DNA from: Nemertoderma westbladi
Taxonomy: Eukaryota; Animalia; Xenacoelomorpha
DNA length: 64,000 nucleotides
Direction of reading: 5' to 3'
NCBI GenBank assembly: GCA_032718475.1
Contig: JAUCBJ010001490.1
Location: 1-64,000 of the forward strand
The notes under the pieces are model-generated. The model searched no databases. It saw only the letters and a program-made list of their open reading frames with translations, and was not told the DNA's origin. The translations under genes and the position numbers were made by a program. Shown one piece after another: positions 1 through 14,214 of this stretch; position 1 is the stretch's first letter, and the number at the start of each line of letters is the position of its first letter.

Positions 1-101
1 AATATCGAGCAATATGATAAAGACTAAACTGTTGTAGAAAACATTATTTTTGGGTGGGGTGGTCCGTGTCATCAGAAAATAACACTTATTACGGGTCATG
101 G

Positions 102-122
102 TTTATTATAGGGAGATTTATT
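102..122 (-). promoter_or_regulatory. Two AATAAA polyadenylation-signal candidates for MTMR9
   Basis: TTTATT on + at 102-107 and 117-122. These are the first AATAAA hexamers I could find on the - strand downstream of the MTMR9 stop, because the 31-bp satellite unit contains none. Confidence 0.45.
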
Positions 123-141
123 ACACATTATACATTTACAT

Positions 142-3100
142 TACGAGTTCTGCTGATCGTCACATAAAACCGAACGAGTTCTACTGATCGTCACATAAAA
201 CCGAACGAGTTCTACTGATCGTCACATAAAACCGTACGAGTTCTACTGATCGTCACATAAAACCGTACGAGTTCTACTGATCGTCACATAAAACCGAACG
301 AGTTCTACTGATCGTCACATAAAACCGAACGAGTTCTACTGATCGTCACATAAAACCGTACGAGTTCTACTGATCGTCACATAAAACCGTACGAATTCTA
401 CTGATCGTCACATAAAACCGTACGAGTTCTACTGATCGTCACATAAAACCGTACGAGTTCTACTGATCGTCACATAAAACCGTACGAGTTCTACTGATCG
501 TCACATAAAACCGCACGAGTTCTACTGATCGTCACATAAAACCGAACGAGTTCTACTGATCGTCACATAAAACCGTACGAGTTCTACTGATCGTCACATA
601 AAACCGAACGAGTTCTACTGATCGTCACATAAAACCGTACGAGTTCTACTGATCGTCACATAAAACCGTACGAGTTCTACTGATCGTCACATAAAACCGT
701 ACGAGTTCTACTGATCGTCACATAAAACCGAAAGATTTCTACTGATCGTCACATAAAACCGTACGAGTTCTACTGATCGTCACATAAAACCGAACGAGTT
801 CTACTGATCGTCACATAAAACCGAACGAGTTCTACTGATCGTCACATAAAACCGAACGAGTTCTACTGATCGTCACATAAAACCGTACGAGTTCTACTGA
901 TCGTCACATAAAACCGAACGAGTTCTACTGATCGTCACATAAAACCGTACGAGTTCTACTGATCGTCACATAAAACCGAAAGATTTCTACTGATCGTCAC
1001 ATAAAACCGTACGAGTTCTACTGATCGTCACATAAAACCGAACGAGTTCTACTGATCGTCACATAAAACCGAACGAGTTCTACTGATCGTCACATAAAAC
1101 CGTACGAGTTCTACTGATCGTCACATAAAACCGTACGAGTTCTACTGATCGTCACATAAAACCGTACGAGTTCTACTGATCGTCACATAAAACCGTACGA
1201 GTTCTACTGATCGTCACATAAAACCGTACGAGTTATACTGATCGTCACATAAAACCGTACGAGTTCTACTGATCGTCACATAAAACCGTACGAGTTCTAC
1301 TGATCGTCACATAAAACCGTACGAGTTCTACTGATCGTCACATAAAACCGTACGAATTCTACTGATCGTCACATAAAACCGTACGAGTTCTACTGATCGT
1401 CACATAAAACCGTACGAGTTCTACTGATCGTCACATAAAACCGAAAGATTTCTACTGATCGTCACATAAAACCGTACGAGTTCTACTGATCGTCACATAA
1501 AACCGAACGAGTTCTACTGATCGTCACATAAAACCGAACGAGTTCTACTGATCGTCACATAAAACCGAACGAGTTCTACTGATCGTCACATAAAACCGTA
1601 CGAGTTCTACTGATCGTCACATAAAACCGTACGAGTTCTACTGATCGTCACATAAAACCGTACGAGTTCTACTGATCGTCACATAAAACCGTACGAGTTC
1701 TACTGATCGTCACATAAAACCGAACGAGTTCTACTGATCGTCACATAAAACCGAACGAGTTCTACTGATCGTCACATAAAACCGTACGAGTTCTACTGAT
1801 CGTCACATAAAACCGTACGAGTTCTACTGATCGTCACATAAAACCGTACGAGTTCTACTGATCGTCACATAAAACCGTACGAGTTCTACTGATCGTCACA
1901 TAAAACCGTACGAGTTCTACTGATCGTCACATAAAACCGAACGATTTCTACTGATCGTCACATAAAACCGTACGAGTTCTACTGATCGTCACATAAAACC
2001 GAACGAGTTCTACTGATCGTCACATAAAACCGTACGAGTTCTACTGATCGTCACATAAAACCGAACGAGTTCTACTGATCGTCACATAAAACCGTACGAG
2101 TTCTACTGATCGTCACATAAAACCGAACGAGTTCTACTGATCGTCACATAAAACCGAACGAGTTCTACTGATCGTCACATAAAACCGTACGAGTTCTACT
2201 GATCGTCACATAAAACCGTACGAGTTCTACTGATCGTCACATAAAACCGTACGAGTTCTACTGATCGTCACATAAAACCGTACGAGTTCTACTGATCGTC
2301 ACATAAAACCGTACGAGTTCTACTGATCGTCACATAAAACCGTACGAGTTCTACTGATCGTCACATAAAACCGTACGAGTTCTACTGATCGTCACATAAA
2401 ACCGAACGAGTTTTACTGATCGTCACATAAAACCGAACGAGTTCTACTGATCGTCACTAAAACCGAACGAGTTCTGCTGATCGTCACATAAAACCGTACG
2501 AGTTCTACTGATCGTCACATAAAACCGTACGAGTTCTACTGATCGTCACATAAAACCGTACGAGTTCTACTGATCGCACATAAAACCGAACGAGTTCTAC
2601 TGATCGTCACATAAAACCGAACGAGTTCTACTGATCGTCACATAAAACCGTACGAGTTCTACTGATCGTCACATAAAACCGTACGAGTTCTACTGATCGT
2701 CACATAAAACCGAACGAGTTCTACTGATCGTCACATAAAACCGAACGAGTTCTACTGATCGTCACATAAAACCGAACGAGTTCTACTGATCGTCACATAA
2801 AACCGTACGAGTTCTACTGATCGTCACATAAAACCGAACGAGTTCTACTGATCGTCACATAAAACCGTACGAGTTCTACTGATCGTCACATAAAACCGAA
2901 CGAGTTCTACTGATCGTCACATAAAACCGTACGAGTTCTACTGATCGTCACATAAAACCGTACGAGTTCTACTGATCGTCACATAAAACCGTACGAGTTC
3001 TACTGATCGTCACATAAAACCGATACGAGTTCTACTGATCGTCACATAAAACCGTACGAGTTCTACTGATCGTCACATAAAACCGTACGAGTTCTACTGA

Positions 3101-6100
3101 TCGTCACATAAAACCGTACGAGTTCTACTGATCGTCACATAAAACCGTACGAGTTCTACTGATCGTCACATAAAACCGAACGAGTTCTACTGATCGTCAC
3201 ATAAAACCGTACGAGTTCTACTGATCGTCACATAAAACCGAACGAGTTCTACTGATCGTCACATAAAACCGAACGAGTTCTACTGATCGTCACATAAAAC
3301 CGTACGAGTTCTACTGATCGTCACATAAAACCGAACGAGTTCTACTGATCGTCACATAAAACCGTACGAGTTCTACTGATCGTCACATAAAACCGCACGA
3401 GTTCTACTGATCGTCACATAAAACCGTACGAGTTCTACTGATCGTCACATAAAACCGTACGAGTTCTACTGATCGTCACATAAAACCGTACGAGTTCTAC
3501 TGATCGTCACATAAAACCGTACGAGTTCTACTGATCGTCACATAAAACCGAACGAGTTCTACTGATCGTCACATAAAACCGTACGAGTTCTACTGATCGT
3601 CACATAAAACCGAACGAGTTCTACTGATCGTCACATAAAACCGTACGAGTTCTACTGATCGTCACATAAAACCGTACGAGTTCTACTGATCGTCACATAA
3701 AACCGAACGAGTTCTACTGATCGTCACATAAAACCGTACGAGTTCTACTGATCGTCACATAAAACCGAACGAGTTCTACTGATCGTCACATAAAACCGTA
3801 CGAGTTCTACTGATCGTCACATAAAACCGAACGAGTTCTACTGATCGTCACATAAAACCGTACGAGTTCTACTGATCGTCACATAAAACCGAACGAGTTC
3901 TACTGATCGTCACATAAAACCGTACGAGTTCTACTGATCGTCACATAAAACCGAACGAGTTCTACTGATCGTCACATAAAACCGTACGAGTTCTACTGAT
4001 CGTCACATAAATCCGTACGAGTTCTACTGATCGTCACATAAAACCGTACGAGTTCTACTGATCGTCACATAACACCGAACGAGTTCTACTGATCGTCACA
4101 TAAAACCGTACGAGTTCTACTGATCGTCACATAAAACCGTACGAGTTCTACTGATCGTCACATAAAACCGTACGAGTTCTACTGATCGTCACATAAAACC
4201 GTACGAGTTCTACTGATCGTCACATAAAACCGAACGAGTTCTACTGATCGTCACATAAAACCGAACGAGTTCTACTGATCGTCACATAAAACCGAACGAG
4301 TTTTACTGATCGTCACATAAAACCGAACGAGTTCTACTGATCGCACATAAAACCGAACGAGTTCTACAGATCGTCACATAAAACCGTACGAGTTCTACTG
4401 ATCGTCACATAAAACCGAACGAGTTCTACTGATCGTCACATAAAACCGAACGAGTTTTACTGATCGTCACATAAAACCGAACGAGTTCTACTGATCGCAC
4501 ATAAAACCGAACGAGTTCTACTGATCGCACATAAAACCGAACGAGTTCTACAGATCGTCACATAAAACCGAACGAGTTCTACTGATCGTCACATAAAACC
4601 GTACGAGTTCTACTGATCGTCACATAAAACCGTACGAGTTCTACTGATCGTCACATAAAACCGAACGAGTTCTACTGATCGTCACATAAAACCGTACGAG
4701 TTCTACTGATCGTCACATAAAACCGTACGAGTTCTACTGATCGTCACATAAAACCGAACGAGTTCTACTGATCGCACATAAAACCGAACGAGTTCTACAG
4801 ATCGTTACATAAAACCGAACGAGTTCTACTGATCGTCACATAAAACCGTACGAGTTCTACTGATCGTCACATAAAACCGAACGAGTTCTACTGATCGTCA
4901 CATAAAACCGAACGAGTTCTACTGATCGTCACATAAAACCGAACGAGTTCTACTGATCGCACATAAAACCGAACGAGTTCTACAGATCGTCACATAAAAC
5001 CGAACGAGTTCTACTGATCGTCACATAAAACCGTACGAGTTCTACTGATCGTCACATAAAACCGAACGAGTTCTACTGATCGTCACATAAAACCGAACGA
5101 GTTCTACTGATCGTCACATAAAACCGAACGAGTTCTACTGATCGCACATAAAACCGAACGAGTTCTACAGATCGTCACATAAAACCGAACGAGTTCTACT
5201 GATCGTCACATAAAACCGTACGAGTTCTACTGATCGTCACATAAAACCGAACGAGTTCTACTGATCGTCACATAAAACCGAACGAGTTCTACTGATCGTC
5301 ACATAAAACCGAACGAGTTCTACTGATCGTCACATAAAACCGAACGAGTTCTACTGATCGTCACATAAAACCGAACGAGTTTTACTGATCGTCACATAAA
5401 ACCGAACGAGTTCTACTGATCGCACATAAAACCGAACGAGTTCTACTGATCGCACATAAAACCGAACGAGTTCTACAGATCGTCACATAAAACCGTACGA
5501 GTTCTACTGATCGTCACATAAAACCGAACGAGTTCTACTGATCGTCACATAAAACCGTACGAGTTCTACTGATCGTCACATAAAACCGAACGAGTTCTAC
5601 TGATCGTCACATAAAACCGAACGAGTTCTACTGATCGTCACATAAAACCGAACGAGTTCTACTGATCGTCACATAAAACCGAACGAGTTCTACTGATCGT
5701 CACATAAAACCGAACGAGTTTTACTGATCGTCACATAAAACCGAACGAGTTCTACTGATCGCACATAAAACCGAACGAGTTCTACTGATCGTCACATAAA
5801 ACCGAACGAGTTCTACTGATCGTCACATAAAACCGAACGAGTTCTACTGATCGTCACATAAAACCGAACGAGTTCTACTGATCGTCACATAAATCCGTAC
5901 GAGTTCTACTGATCGTCACATAAAACCGTACGAGTTCTACTGATCGTCACATAAAACCGAACGAGTTCTACTGATCGTCACATAAAACCGAACGAGTTAT
6001 ACTGATCGTCACATAAAACCGTACGAGTTCTACTGATCGTCACATAAATCCGTACGAGTTCTACAGATCGTCACATAAAACCGAACGAGTTCTACTGATC

Positions 6101-9100
6101 GTCACATAAAACCGAACGAGTTCTACTGATCGTCACATAAAACCAAACGAGTTCTACTGATCGTCACATAAAACCGCACGAGTTCTACTGATCGTCACAT
6201 AAAACCGTACGAGTTCTACTGATCGTCACATAAAACCGTACGAGTTCTACTGATCGTCACATAAAACCGTACGAGTTCTACTGATCGTCACATAAAACCG
6301 TACGAATTCTACTGATCGTCACATAAAACCGAACGAGTTCTACTGATCGTCACATAAATCCGTACGAGTTCTACAGATCGTCACATAAAACCGAACGAGT
6401 TCTACTGATCGTCACATAAAACCGTACGAGTTCTACTGATCGTCACATAAAACCGAACGAGTTATACTGATCGTCACATAAAACCGAACGAGTTATACTG
6501 ATCGTCACATAAAACCGTACGAGTTCTACTGATCGTCACATAAATCCGTACGAGTTCTACAGATCGTCACATAAAACCGTACGAGTTCTACTGATCGTCA
6601 CATAAAACCGTACGAGTTCTACTGATCGTCACATAAATCCGTACGAGTTCTACAGATCGTCACATAAAACCGTACGAGTTCTACTGATCGTCACATAAAA
6701 CCGTACGAGTTCTACTGATCGTCACATAAAACCGAACGAGTTCTACTGATCGTCACATAAAACCGAACGAGTTATACTGATCGTCACATAAAACCGTACG
6801 AGTTCTACTGATCGTCACATAAATCCGTACGAGTTCTACAGATCGTCACATAAAACCGAACGAGTTCTACTGATCGTCACATAAAACCGAACGAGTTCTA
6901 CTGATCGTCACATAAAACCAAACGAGTTCTACTGATCGTCACATAAAACCGTACGAGTTCTACTGATCGTCACATAAAACCGTACGAGTTCTACTGATCG
7001 TCACATAAAACCGTACGAGTTCTACTGATCGTCACATAAAACCGCACGAGTTCGACTGATCGTCACATAAAACCGTACGAGTTCTACTGATCGTCACATA
7101 AAACCGTACGAATTCTACTGATCGTCACATAAAACCGAACGAGTTCTACTGATCGTCACATAAAACCGAACGAGTTCTACTGATCGTCACATAAAACCGT
7201 ACGAGTTCTACTGATCGTCACATAAAACCGAACGAGTTCTACTGATCGTCACATAAAACCGTACGAGTTCTACTGATCGTCACATAAAACCGTACGAGTT
7301 CTACTGATCGTCACATAAAACCGTACGAGTTATACTGATCGTCACATAAAACCGTACGAGTTCTACTGATCGTCACATAAAACCGTATGAGTTCTACTGA
7401 TCGTCACATAAAACCGTACGAGTTCTACTGATCGTCACATAAAACCGTACGAGTTCTACTGATCGTCACATAAAACCGTACGAGTTCTACTGATCGTCAC
7501 ATAAAACCGAACGAGTTCTACTGATCGTCACATAAAACCGAACGAGTTCTACTGATCGTCACATAAAACCGTACGAGTTCTACTGATCGTCACATAAAAC
7601 CGTACGAGTTATACTGATCGTCACATAAAACCGTACGAGTTCTACTGATCGTCACATAAAACCGAACGAGTTATACTGATCGTCACATAAAACCGTACGA
7701 GTTCTACTGATCGTCACATAAAACCGAACGAGTTATACTGATCGTCACATAAAACCGAACGAGTTATACTGATCGTCACATAAAACCGTACGAGTTCTAC
7801 TGATCGTCACATAAAACCGTACGAGTTCTACTGATCGTCACATAAAACCGAACGAGTTTTACTGATCGTCACATAAAACCGTACGAGTTCTACTGATCGT
7901 CACATAAAACCGTATGAGTTCTACTGATCGTCACATAAAACCGTACGAGTTCTACAGATCGTCACATAAAACCGAACGAGTTCTACTGATCGTCACATAA
8001 AACCGAACGAGTTCTACTGATCGTCACATAAAACCAAACGAGTTCTACTGATCGTCACATAAAACCGTACGAGTTCTACTGATCGTCACATAAAACCGTA
8101 CGAGTTCTACTGATCGTCACATAAAACCGTACGAGTTCTACTGATCGTCACATAAAACCGCACGAGTTCGACTGATCGTCACATAAAACCGTACGAGTTC
8201 TACTGATCGTCACATAAAACCGTACGAATTCTACTGATCGTCACATAAAACCGAACGAGTTCTACTGATCGTCACATAAAACCGAACGAGTTCTACTGAT
8301 CGTCACATAAAACCGTACGAGTTCTACTGATCGTCACATAAAACCGAACGAGTTCTACTGATCGTCACATAAAACCGTACGAGTTCTACTGATCGTCACA
8401 TAAAACCGTACGAGTTCTACTGATCGTCACATAAAACCGTACGAGTTATACTGATCGTCACATAAAACCGTACGAGTTCTACTGATCGTCACATAAAACC
8501 GTATGAGTTCTACTGATCGTCACATAAATCCGTACGAGTTCTACTGATCGTCACATAAAACCGTACGAGTTCTACTGATCGTCACATAAAACCGTACGAG
8601 TTCTACTGATCGTCACATAAAACCGTACGAGTTATACTGATCGTCACATAAAACCGTACGAGTTCTACTGATCGTCACATAAAACCGAACGAGTTATACT
8701 GATCGTCACATAAAACCGTACGAGTTCTGCTGATCGTCACATAAAACCGTACGAGTTCTACTGATCGTCACATAAAACCGAACGAGTTCTACTGATCGTC
8801 ACATAAAACCGTACGAGTTCTACTGATCGTCACATAAAACCGTACGAGTTCTACTGATCGTCACATAAATCCGTACGAGTTCTACTGATCGTCACATAAA
8901 ACCGTACGAGTTCTACTGATCGTCACATAAAACCAAACGAGTTCTACTGATCGTCACATAAAACCGTACAAGTTCTACTGATCGTCACATAAAACCGTAC
9001 GAGTTCTACTGATCGTCACATAAAACCGTACGAGTTCTACTGATCGTCACATAAAACCGTACGAGTTCTACTGATCGTCACATAAAACCGTACGAGTTCT

Positions 9101-11998
9101 ACTGATCGTCACATAAAACCGAACGAGTTATACTGATCGTCACATAAAACCGTACGAGTTCTACTGATCGTCACATAAAACCGAACGAGTTATACTGATC
9201 GTCACATAAAACCGTACGAGTTCTACTGATCGTCACATAAAACCGTACGAGTTCTACTGATCGTCACATAAAACCGTACGAGTTCTACTGATCGTCACAT
9301 AAAACCGTACGAGTTCTACTGATCGTCACATAAAACCGAACGAGTTCTACTGATCGTCACATAAAACCGAACGAGTTCTACTGATCGTCACATAAAACCG
9401 TACGAGTTCTACTGATCGTCACATAAAACCGTACGAGTTATACTGATCGTCACATAAAACCGTACGAGTTCTACTGATCGTCACATAAAACCGAACGAGT
9501 TATACTGATCGTCACATAAAACCGTACGAGTTCTACTGATCGTCACATAAAACCGAACGAGTTATACTGATCGTCACATAAAACCGAACGAGTTATACTG
9601 ATCGTCACATAAAACCGTACGAGTTCTACTGATCGTCACATAAAACCGTACGAGTTCTACTGATCGTCACATAAAACCGAACGAGTTTTACTGATCGTCA
9701 CATAAAACCGTACGAGTTCTACTGATCGTCACATAAAACCGTATGAGTTCTACTGATCGTCACATAAAACCGTACGAGTTCTACAGATCGTCACATAAAA
9801 CCGAACGAGTTCTACTGATCGTCACATAAAACCGAACGAGTTCTACTGATCGTCACATAAAACCAAACGAGTTCTACTGATCGTCACATAAAACCGTACG
9901 AGTTCTACTGATCGTCACATAAAACCGTACGAGTTCTACTGATCGTCACATAAAACCGTACGAGTTCTACTGATCGTCACATAAAACCGCACGAGTTCGA
10001 CTGATCGTCACATAAAACCGTACGAGTTCTACTGATCGTCACATAAAACCGTACGAATTCTACTGATCGTCACATAAAACCGAACGAGTTCTACTGATCG
10101 TCACATAAAACCGAACGAGTTCTACTGATCGTCACATAAAACCGTACGAGTTCTACTGATCGTCACATAAAACCGAACGAGTTCTACTGATCGTCACATA
10201 AAACCGTACGAGTTCTACTGATCGTCACATAAAACCGTACGAGTTCTACTGATCGTCACATAAAACCGTACGAGTTATACTGATCGTCACATAAAACCGT
10301 ACGAGTTCTACTGATCGTCACATAAAACCGTATGAGTTCTACTGATCGTCACATAAATCCGTACGAGTTCTACTGATCGTCACATAAAACCGTACGAGTT
10401 CTACTGATCGTCACATAAAACCGTACGAGTTCTACTGATCGTCACATAAAACCGTACGAGTTATACTGATCGTCACATAAAACCGTACGAGTTCTACTGA
10501 TCGTCACATAAAACCGAACGAGTTATACTGATCGTCACATAAAACCGTACGAGTTCTGCTGATCGTCACATAAAACCGTACGAGTTCTACTGATCGTCAC
10601 ATAAAACCGAACGAGTTCTACTGATCGTCACATAAAACCGTACGAGTTCTACTGATCGTCACATAAAACCGTACGAGTTCTACTGATCGTCACATAAATC
10701 CGTACGAGTTCTACTGATCGTCACATAAAACCGTACGAGTTCTACTGATCGTCACATAAAACCAAACGAGTTCTACTGATCGTCACATAAAACCGTACAA
10801 GTTCTACTGATCGTCACATAAAACCGTACGAGTTCTACTGATCGTCACATAAAACCGTACGAGTTCTACTGATCGTCACATAAAACCGTACGAGTTCTAC
10901 TGATCGTCACATAAAACCGTACGAGTTCTACTGATCGTCACATAAAACCGAACGAGTTATACTGATCGTCACATAAAACCGTACGAGTTCTACTGATCGT
11001 CACATAAAACCGAACGAGTTATACTGATCGTCACATAAAACCGTACGAGTTCTACTGATCGTCACATAAAACCGAACGAGTTATACTGATCGTCACATAA
11101 AACCGTACGAGTTCTACTGATCGTCACATAAAACCGAACGAGTTATACTGATCGTCACATAAAACCGAACGAGTTATACTGATCGTCACATAAAACCGAA
11201 CGAGTTCTACTGATCGCACATAAAACCGAACGAGTTCTACTGATCGTCACATAAAACCGTACGAGTTCTACTGATCGTCACATAAAACCGCACGAGTTCT
11301 ACTGATCGTCACATAAAACCGAACGAGTTCTACTGATCGTCACATAAAACCGAACGAGTTCTACTGATCGTCACATAAAACCGTACGAGTTCTACTGATC
11401 GTCACATAAAACCGTACGAGTTCTACTGATCGCACATAAAACCGTACGAGTTCTACTGATCGCACATAAAACCGAACGAGTTCTACTGATCGTCACATAA
11501 AACCGTACGAGTTCTACTGATCGTCACATAAAACCGAACGAGTTCTACTGATCGTCACATAAAACCGAACGAGTTCTACTGATCGTCACATAAAACCGTA
11601 CGAGTTCTACTGATCGTCACATAAAACCGCACGAGTTCTACTGATCGTCACATAAAACCGAACGAGTTCTACTGATCGTCACATAAAACCGTACGAGTTC
11701 TACTGATCGTCACATAAAACCGAACGAGTTCTACTGATCGTCACATAAAACCGTACGAGTTCTACTGATCGTCACATAAAACCGTACGAGTTCTACTGAT
11801 CGTCACATAAAACCGTACGAGTTCTACTGATCGTCACATAAAACCGTACGAATTCTACTGATCGTCACATAAAACCGTACGAGTTATACTGATCGTCACA
11901 TAAAACCGAACGAGTTCTACTGATCGTCACATAAAACCGTACGAGTTCTACTGATCGTCACATAAAACCGTACGAGTTCTACTGATCGTCACATAAAA
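142..11998. repeat. 31-bp tandem satellite, ~380 units
   Basis: Unit ACGAGTTCTACTGATCGTCACATAAAACCG(T/A) repeated head-to-tail with few variants and no unique spacers. Confidence 0.99.
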
Positions 11999-12003
11999 AC
12001 AAC

Positions 12004-13629
12004 TCAACGCAGCAGTTGTTGCCTCAGTCGTAACGCGTCTTTCTTTAAATGTTCTCTGCGATCGATTAGATCATCGACTAGATGGTTGGTGTACCTTTCG
12101 CGTGCGGTGCACTCGGGGTTCACCCAGCGGGCGTAGCACTGCAACCAGACGAGCAGCGATTGTGGCGCTATCGAGGGCCACAGTACCGCGGGGTTGGCCT
12201 CGTACAGACGGTTGGTGAACCGCTGGAGAACCCCGGACGAGTTGACCCACTCCCACAACGAGTGGGTTTCCGTTTGGGTGTCCAGTTGGTTGCGTTCGCG
12301 CTCGCAGTTACCGAGGAAAGTCCCGTACGGACTCGCAAAAACGTGTTCGCTGAGTTCCACAAGCAGGTCCTGGTTGAACTCGAAGGAGCAGGGGAACTGA
12401 TGGATGAGTTGAAAGACGCAATCGAGGAACAGAATGAAGGTCGAAGATTCCGTTTTCATCCTCATCGACGTCGGACTGTAAACAGACTTGTAGTAGCGGT
12501 CCATAAAGGGGTGACCGCCGGACAACCAGACGCGTTCTACGAGAGCCTGGAAACCGGATACCGTCCGGGACTGCGTGTCCAGGATGAGTTGGGCGAGAGA
12601 GACGACGAGGAGGGTGGTGTCGGTGCCCGCGGTTCCGTGGACCACAACCGACGATCCGCCGTCCCGGTCTACGCACTGCGCGGTGAGACAGGCCGCAGAG
12701 AGGACGTCACGCACGTTGCCTAGCCAACCGGAACCGTCTAAACGGGACAGCCACTTATCCATGGAACTACCAACGTCGACGACGCCTTCAATGAGTTTAC
12801 TGAAGGAGTCGAGAAGGTTGGACGAGCGTTCTATCGGTTTGTTAACCTTAGTCCACAGCGGGTAGTTCCCATCCGGCTCGCTTCCACCTCCTCGCGTCTT
12901 AGCGGCCGCTACAACCCCCGGCAATCTCGTGTCTATAATGAACCCCTTCCTACCCTGAGACAGGATCGCGTTGAGCAGACGTTCGTCGTCTCGACACCGC
13001 CGGTTGTTAGCGCCGACTAGCGGCTGACTCGCACTCACCACCGCGCCTCCGGTGGGACCGTGGAAGTAGCTGAGCACCGGGAACCGCCCGTCGCTACGGA
13101 AACCGGCGGAACCCGCAAGAGTATCGTCGGTGACGTCATTCGGTACAACGACAAGCGAGGGATACGAAGGACAGAGTCGGAAGTCGAGATTGGCTTGCGA
13201 AATCCTCCAGCCAGGGGATCTACTAACCAACTTACTGGCTTCTACCGTAACCGAGAACTCAGACCAGTAATCCACCTGGCTGAGGTAGCGATGGAAGAAG
13301 GGGTAAAGCAGTTTAACGTTATCGAAGGAAGAAAGTACTTCGATCGAATCGGCAACATTGCTGCAGTCGTCTAGACTCGGGATATCGAGGGTGATGGTTT
13401 GAAGGGATTTACATCGAATAGTGAGACAACCGACAGAACCTACGAATCGCTTCTCTACGGAGTCCACATTCCGATGGAGTATCCATAACTCCTCGGAGGC
13501 GTCGCGACGGGAGGATAGTATTATGTGATGGCCAGTTATGCAGAGTGTCCCTTCCACTGGTAAGCTAAACGCTTGTCTCAGGATCACGTTGTCTACCTTT
13601 GGTGTTTTAATTACCTCAGCGAACTCCAT
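12004..13629 (-). CDS. MTMR9: Myotubularin-related protein 9 (pseudophosphatase), single exon
   Basis: N-terminus MEFAEVIKTPKVDNV and PH-GRAM region GTLCITGHHIILS; myotubularin motifs CPSYP, RFPVLSY and FLDCVFQLIHQFPCSFEFN. The catalytic loop reads VHGTAGTDTT instead of HCSDGWDRT, as in inactive MTMR9. C-terminal coiled coil present. ATG at 13629 (the ORF track starts at an upstream TTG). Confidence 0.95.
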   Translation of the reverse strand: MEFAEVIKTPKVDNVILRQAFSLPVEGTLCITGHHIILSSRRDASEELWILHRNVDSVEKRFVGSVGCLTIRCKSLQTITLDIPSLDDCSNVADSIEVLSSFDNVKLLYPFFHRYLSQVDYWSEFSVTVEASKLVSRSPGWRISQANLDFRLCPSYPSLVVVPNDVTDDTLAGSAGFRSDGRFPVLSYFHGPTGGAVVSASQPLVGANNRRCRDDERLLNAILSQGRKGFIIDTRLPGVVAAAKTRGGGSEPDGNYPLWTKVNKPIERSSNLLDSFSKLIEGVVDVGSSMDKWLSRLDGSGWLGNVRDVLSAACLTAQCVDRDGGSSVVVHGTAGTDTTLLVVSLAQLILDTQSRTVSGFQALVERVWLSGGHPFMDRYYKSVYSPTSMRMKTESSTFILFLDCVFQLIHQFPCSFEFNQDLLVELSEHVFASPYGTFLGNCERERNQLDTQTETHSLWEWVNSSGVLQRFTNRLYEANPAVLWPSIAPQSLLVWLQCYARWVNPECTARERYTNHLVDDLIDRREHLKKDALRLRQQLLR

Positions 13630-14214
13630 CAAAATGAATTCGGTTGGCCAACAAATTACTTTCCCAGTCTATGTAGTTTCCCAGTACCAGTACACTACCA
13701 ACTATGTACTTTCCCAGACTACTGAATCAATGGTACTGCGGTTGGCAATGTGACGCGATATATATTTTCGAACTGCAAAAAATGCCTGATTGTTTTTCCT
13801 ATTGTAAGATTATATATATTTCGATGGAAAGAGTATTTCATATCATATTTTCACAAAAAATGATTTAATTCAAAATGAGGTCATCCAAAGCAATTATTTG
13901 GCACTAAATAAAATAATGCCTTCACAAATAATGTATTCAAGCATCATGCATCAATAATAATAAATTCGCCGTAGAATTATTTTTAGATTCGTAAAGATCT
14001 ATCTATTATAGCAAACAGTCTTCTTGACAACCGAAACTTTATTAATCATCTTCTTTACCAGTTCCGCGTTATTACGTATCCATTGTCTTGTCTAATGGCT
14101 CGGTTAACATCGATATCATTTTATTGAAATCTGAGTGCCAAATATGCAAAATGGTCGCAGAATGAATTATGATCCGGGGGGGGGGGGGGGGGGGGGGGTT
14201 GGGGGGTGGTTGGT

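Noticed and set aside
142-11998. CRISPR-like array (31-bp repeats)
   Set aside because: Units are directly adjacent with no unique spacers, there are no cas genes, and the context is eukaryotic.
12082-13374. Plus-strand ORFs overlapping MTMR9
   Set aside because: Antisense shadows of a GC-rich CDS with no recognisable motifs.
14176-14213. Poly-G / G-quadruplex tract
   Set aside because: A simple homopolymer of uncertain length with no evidence of function.
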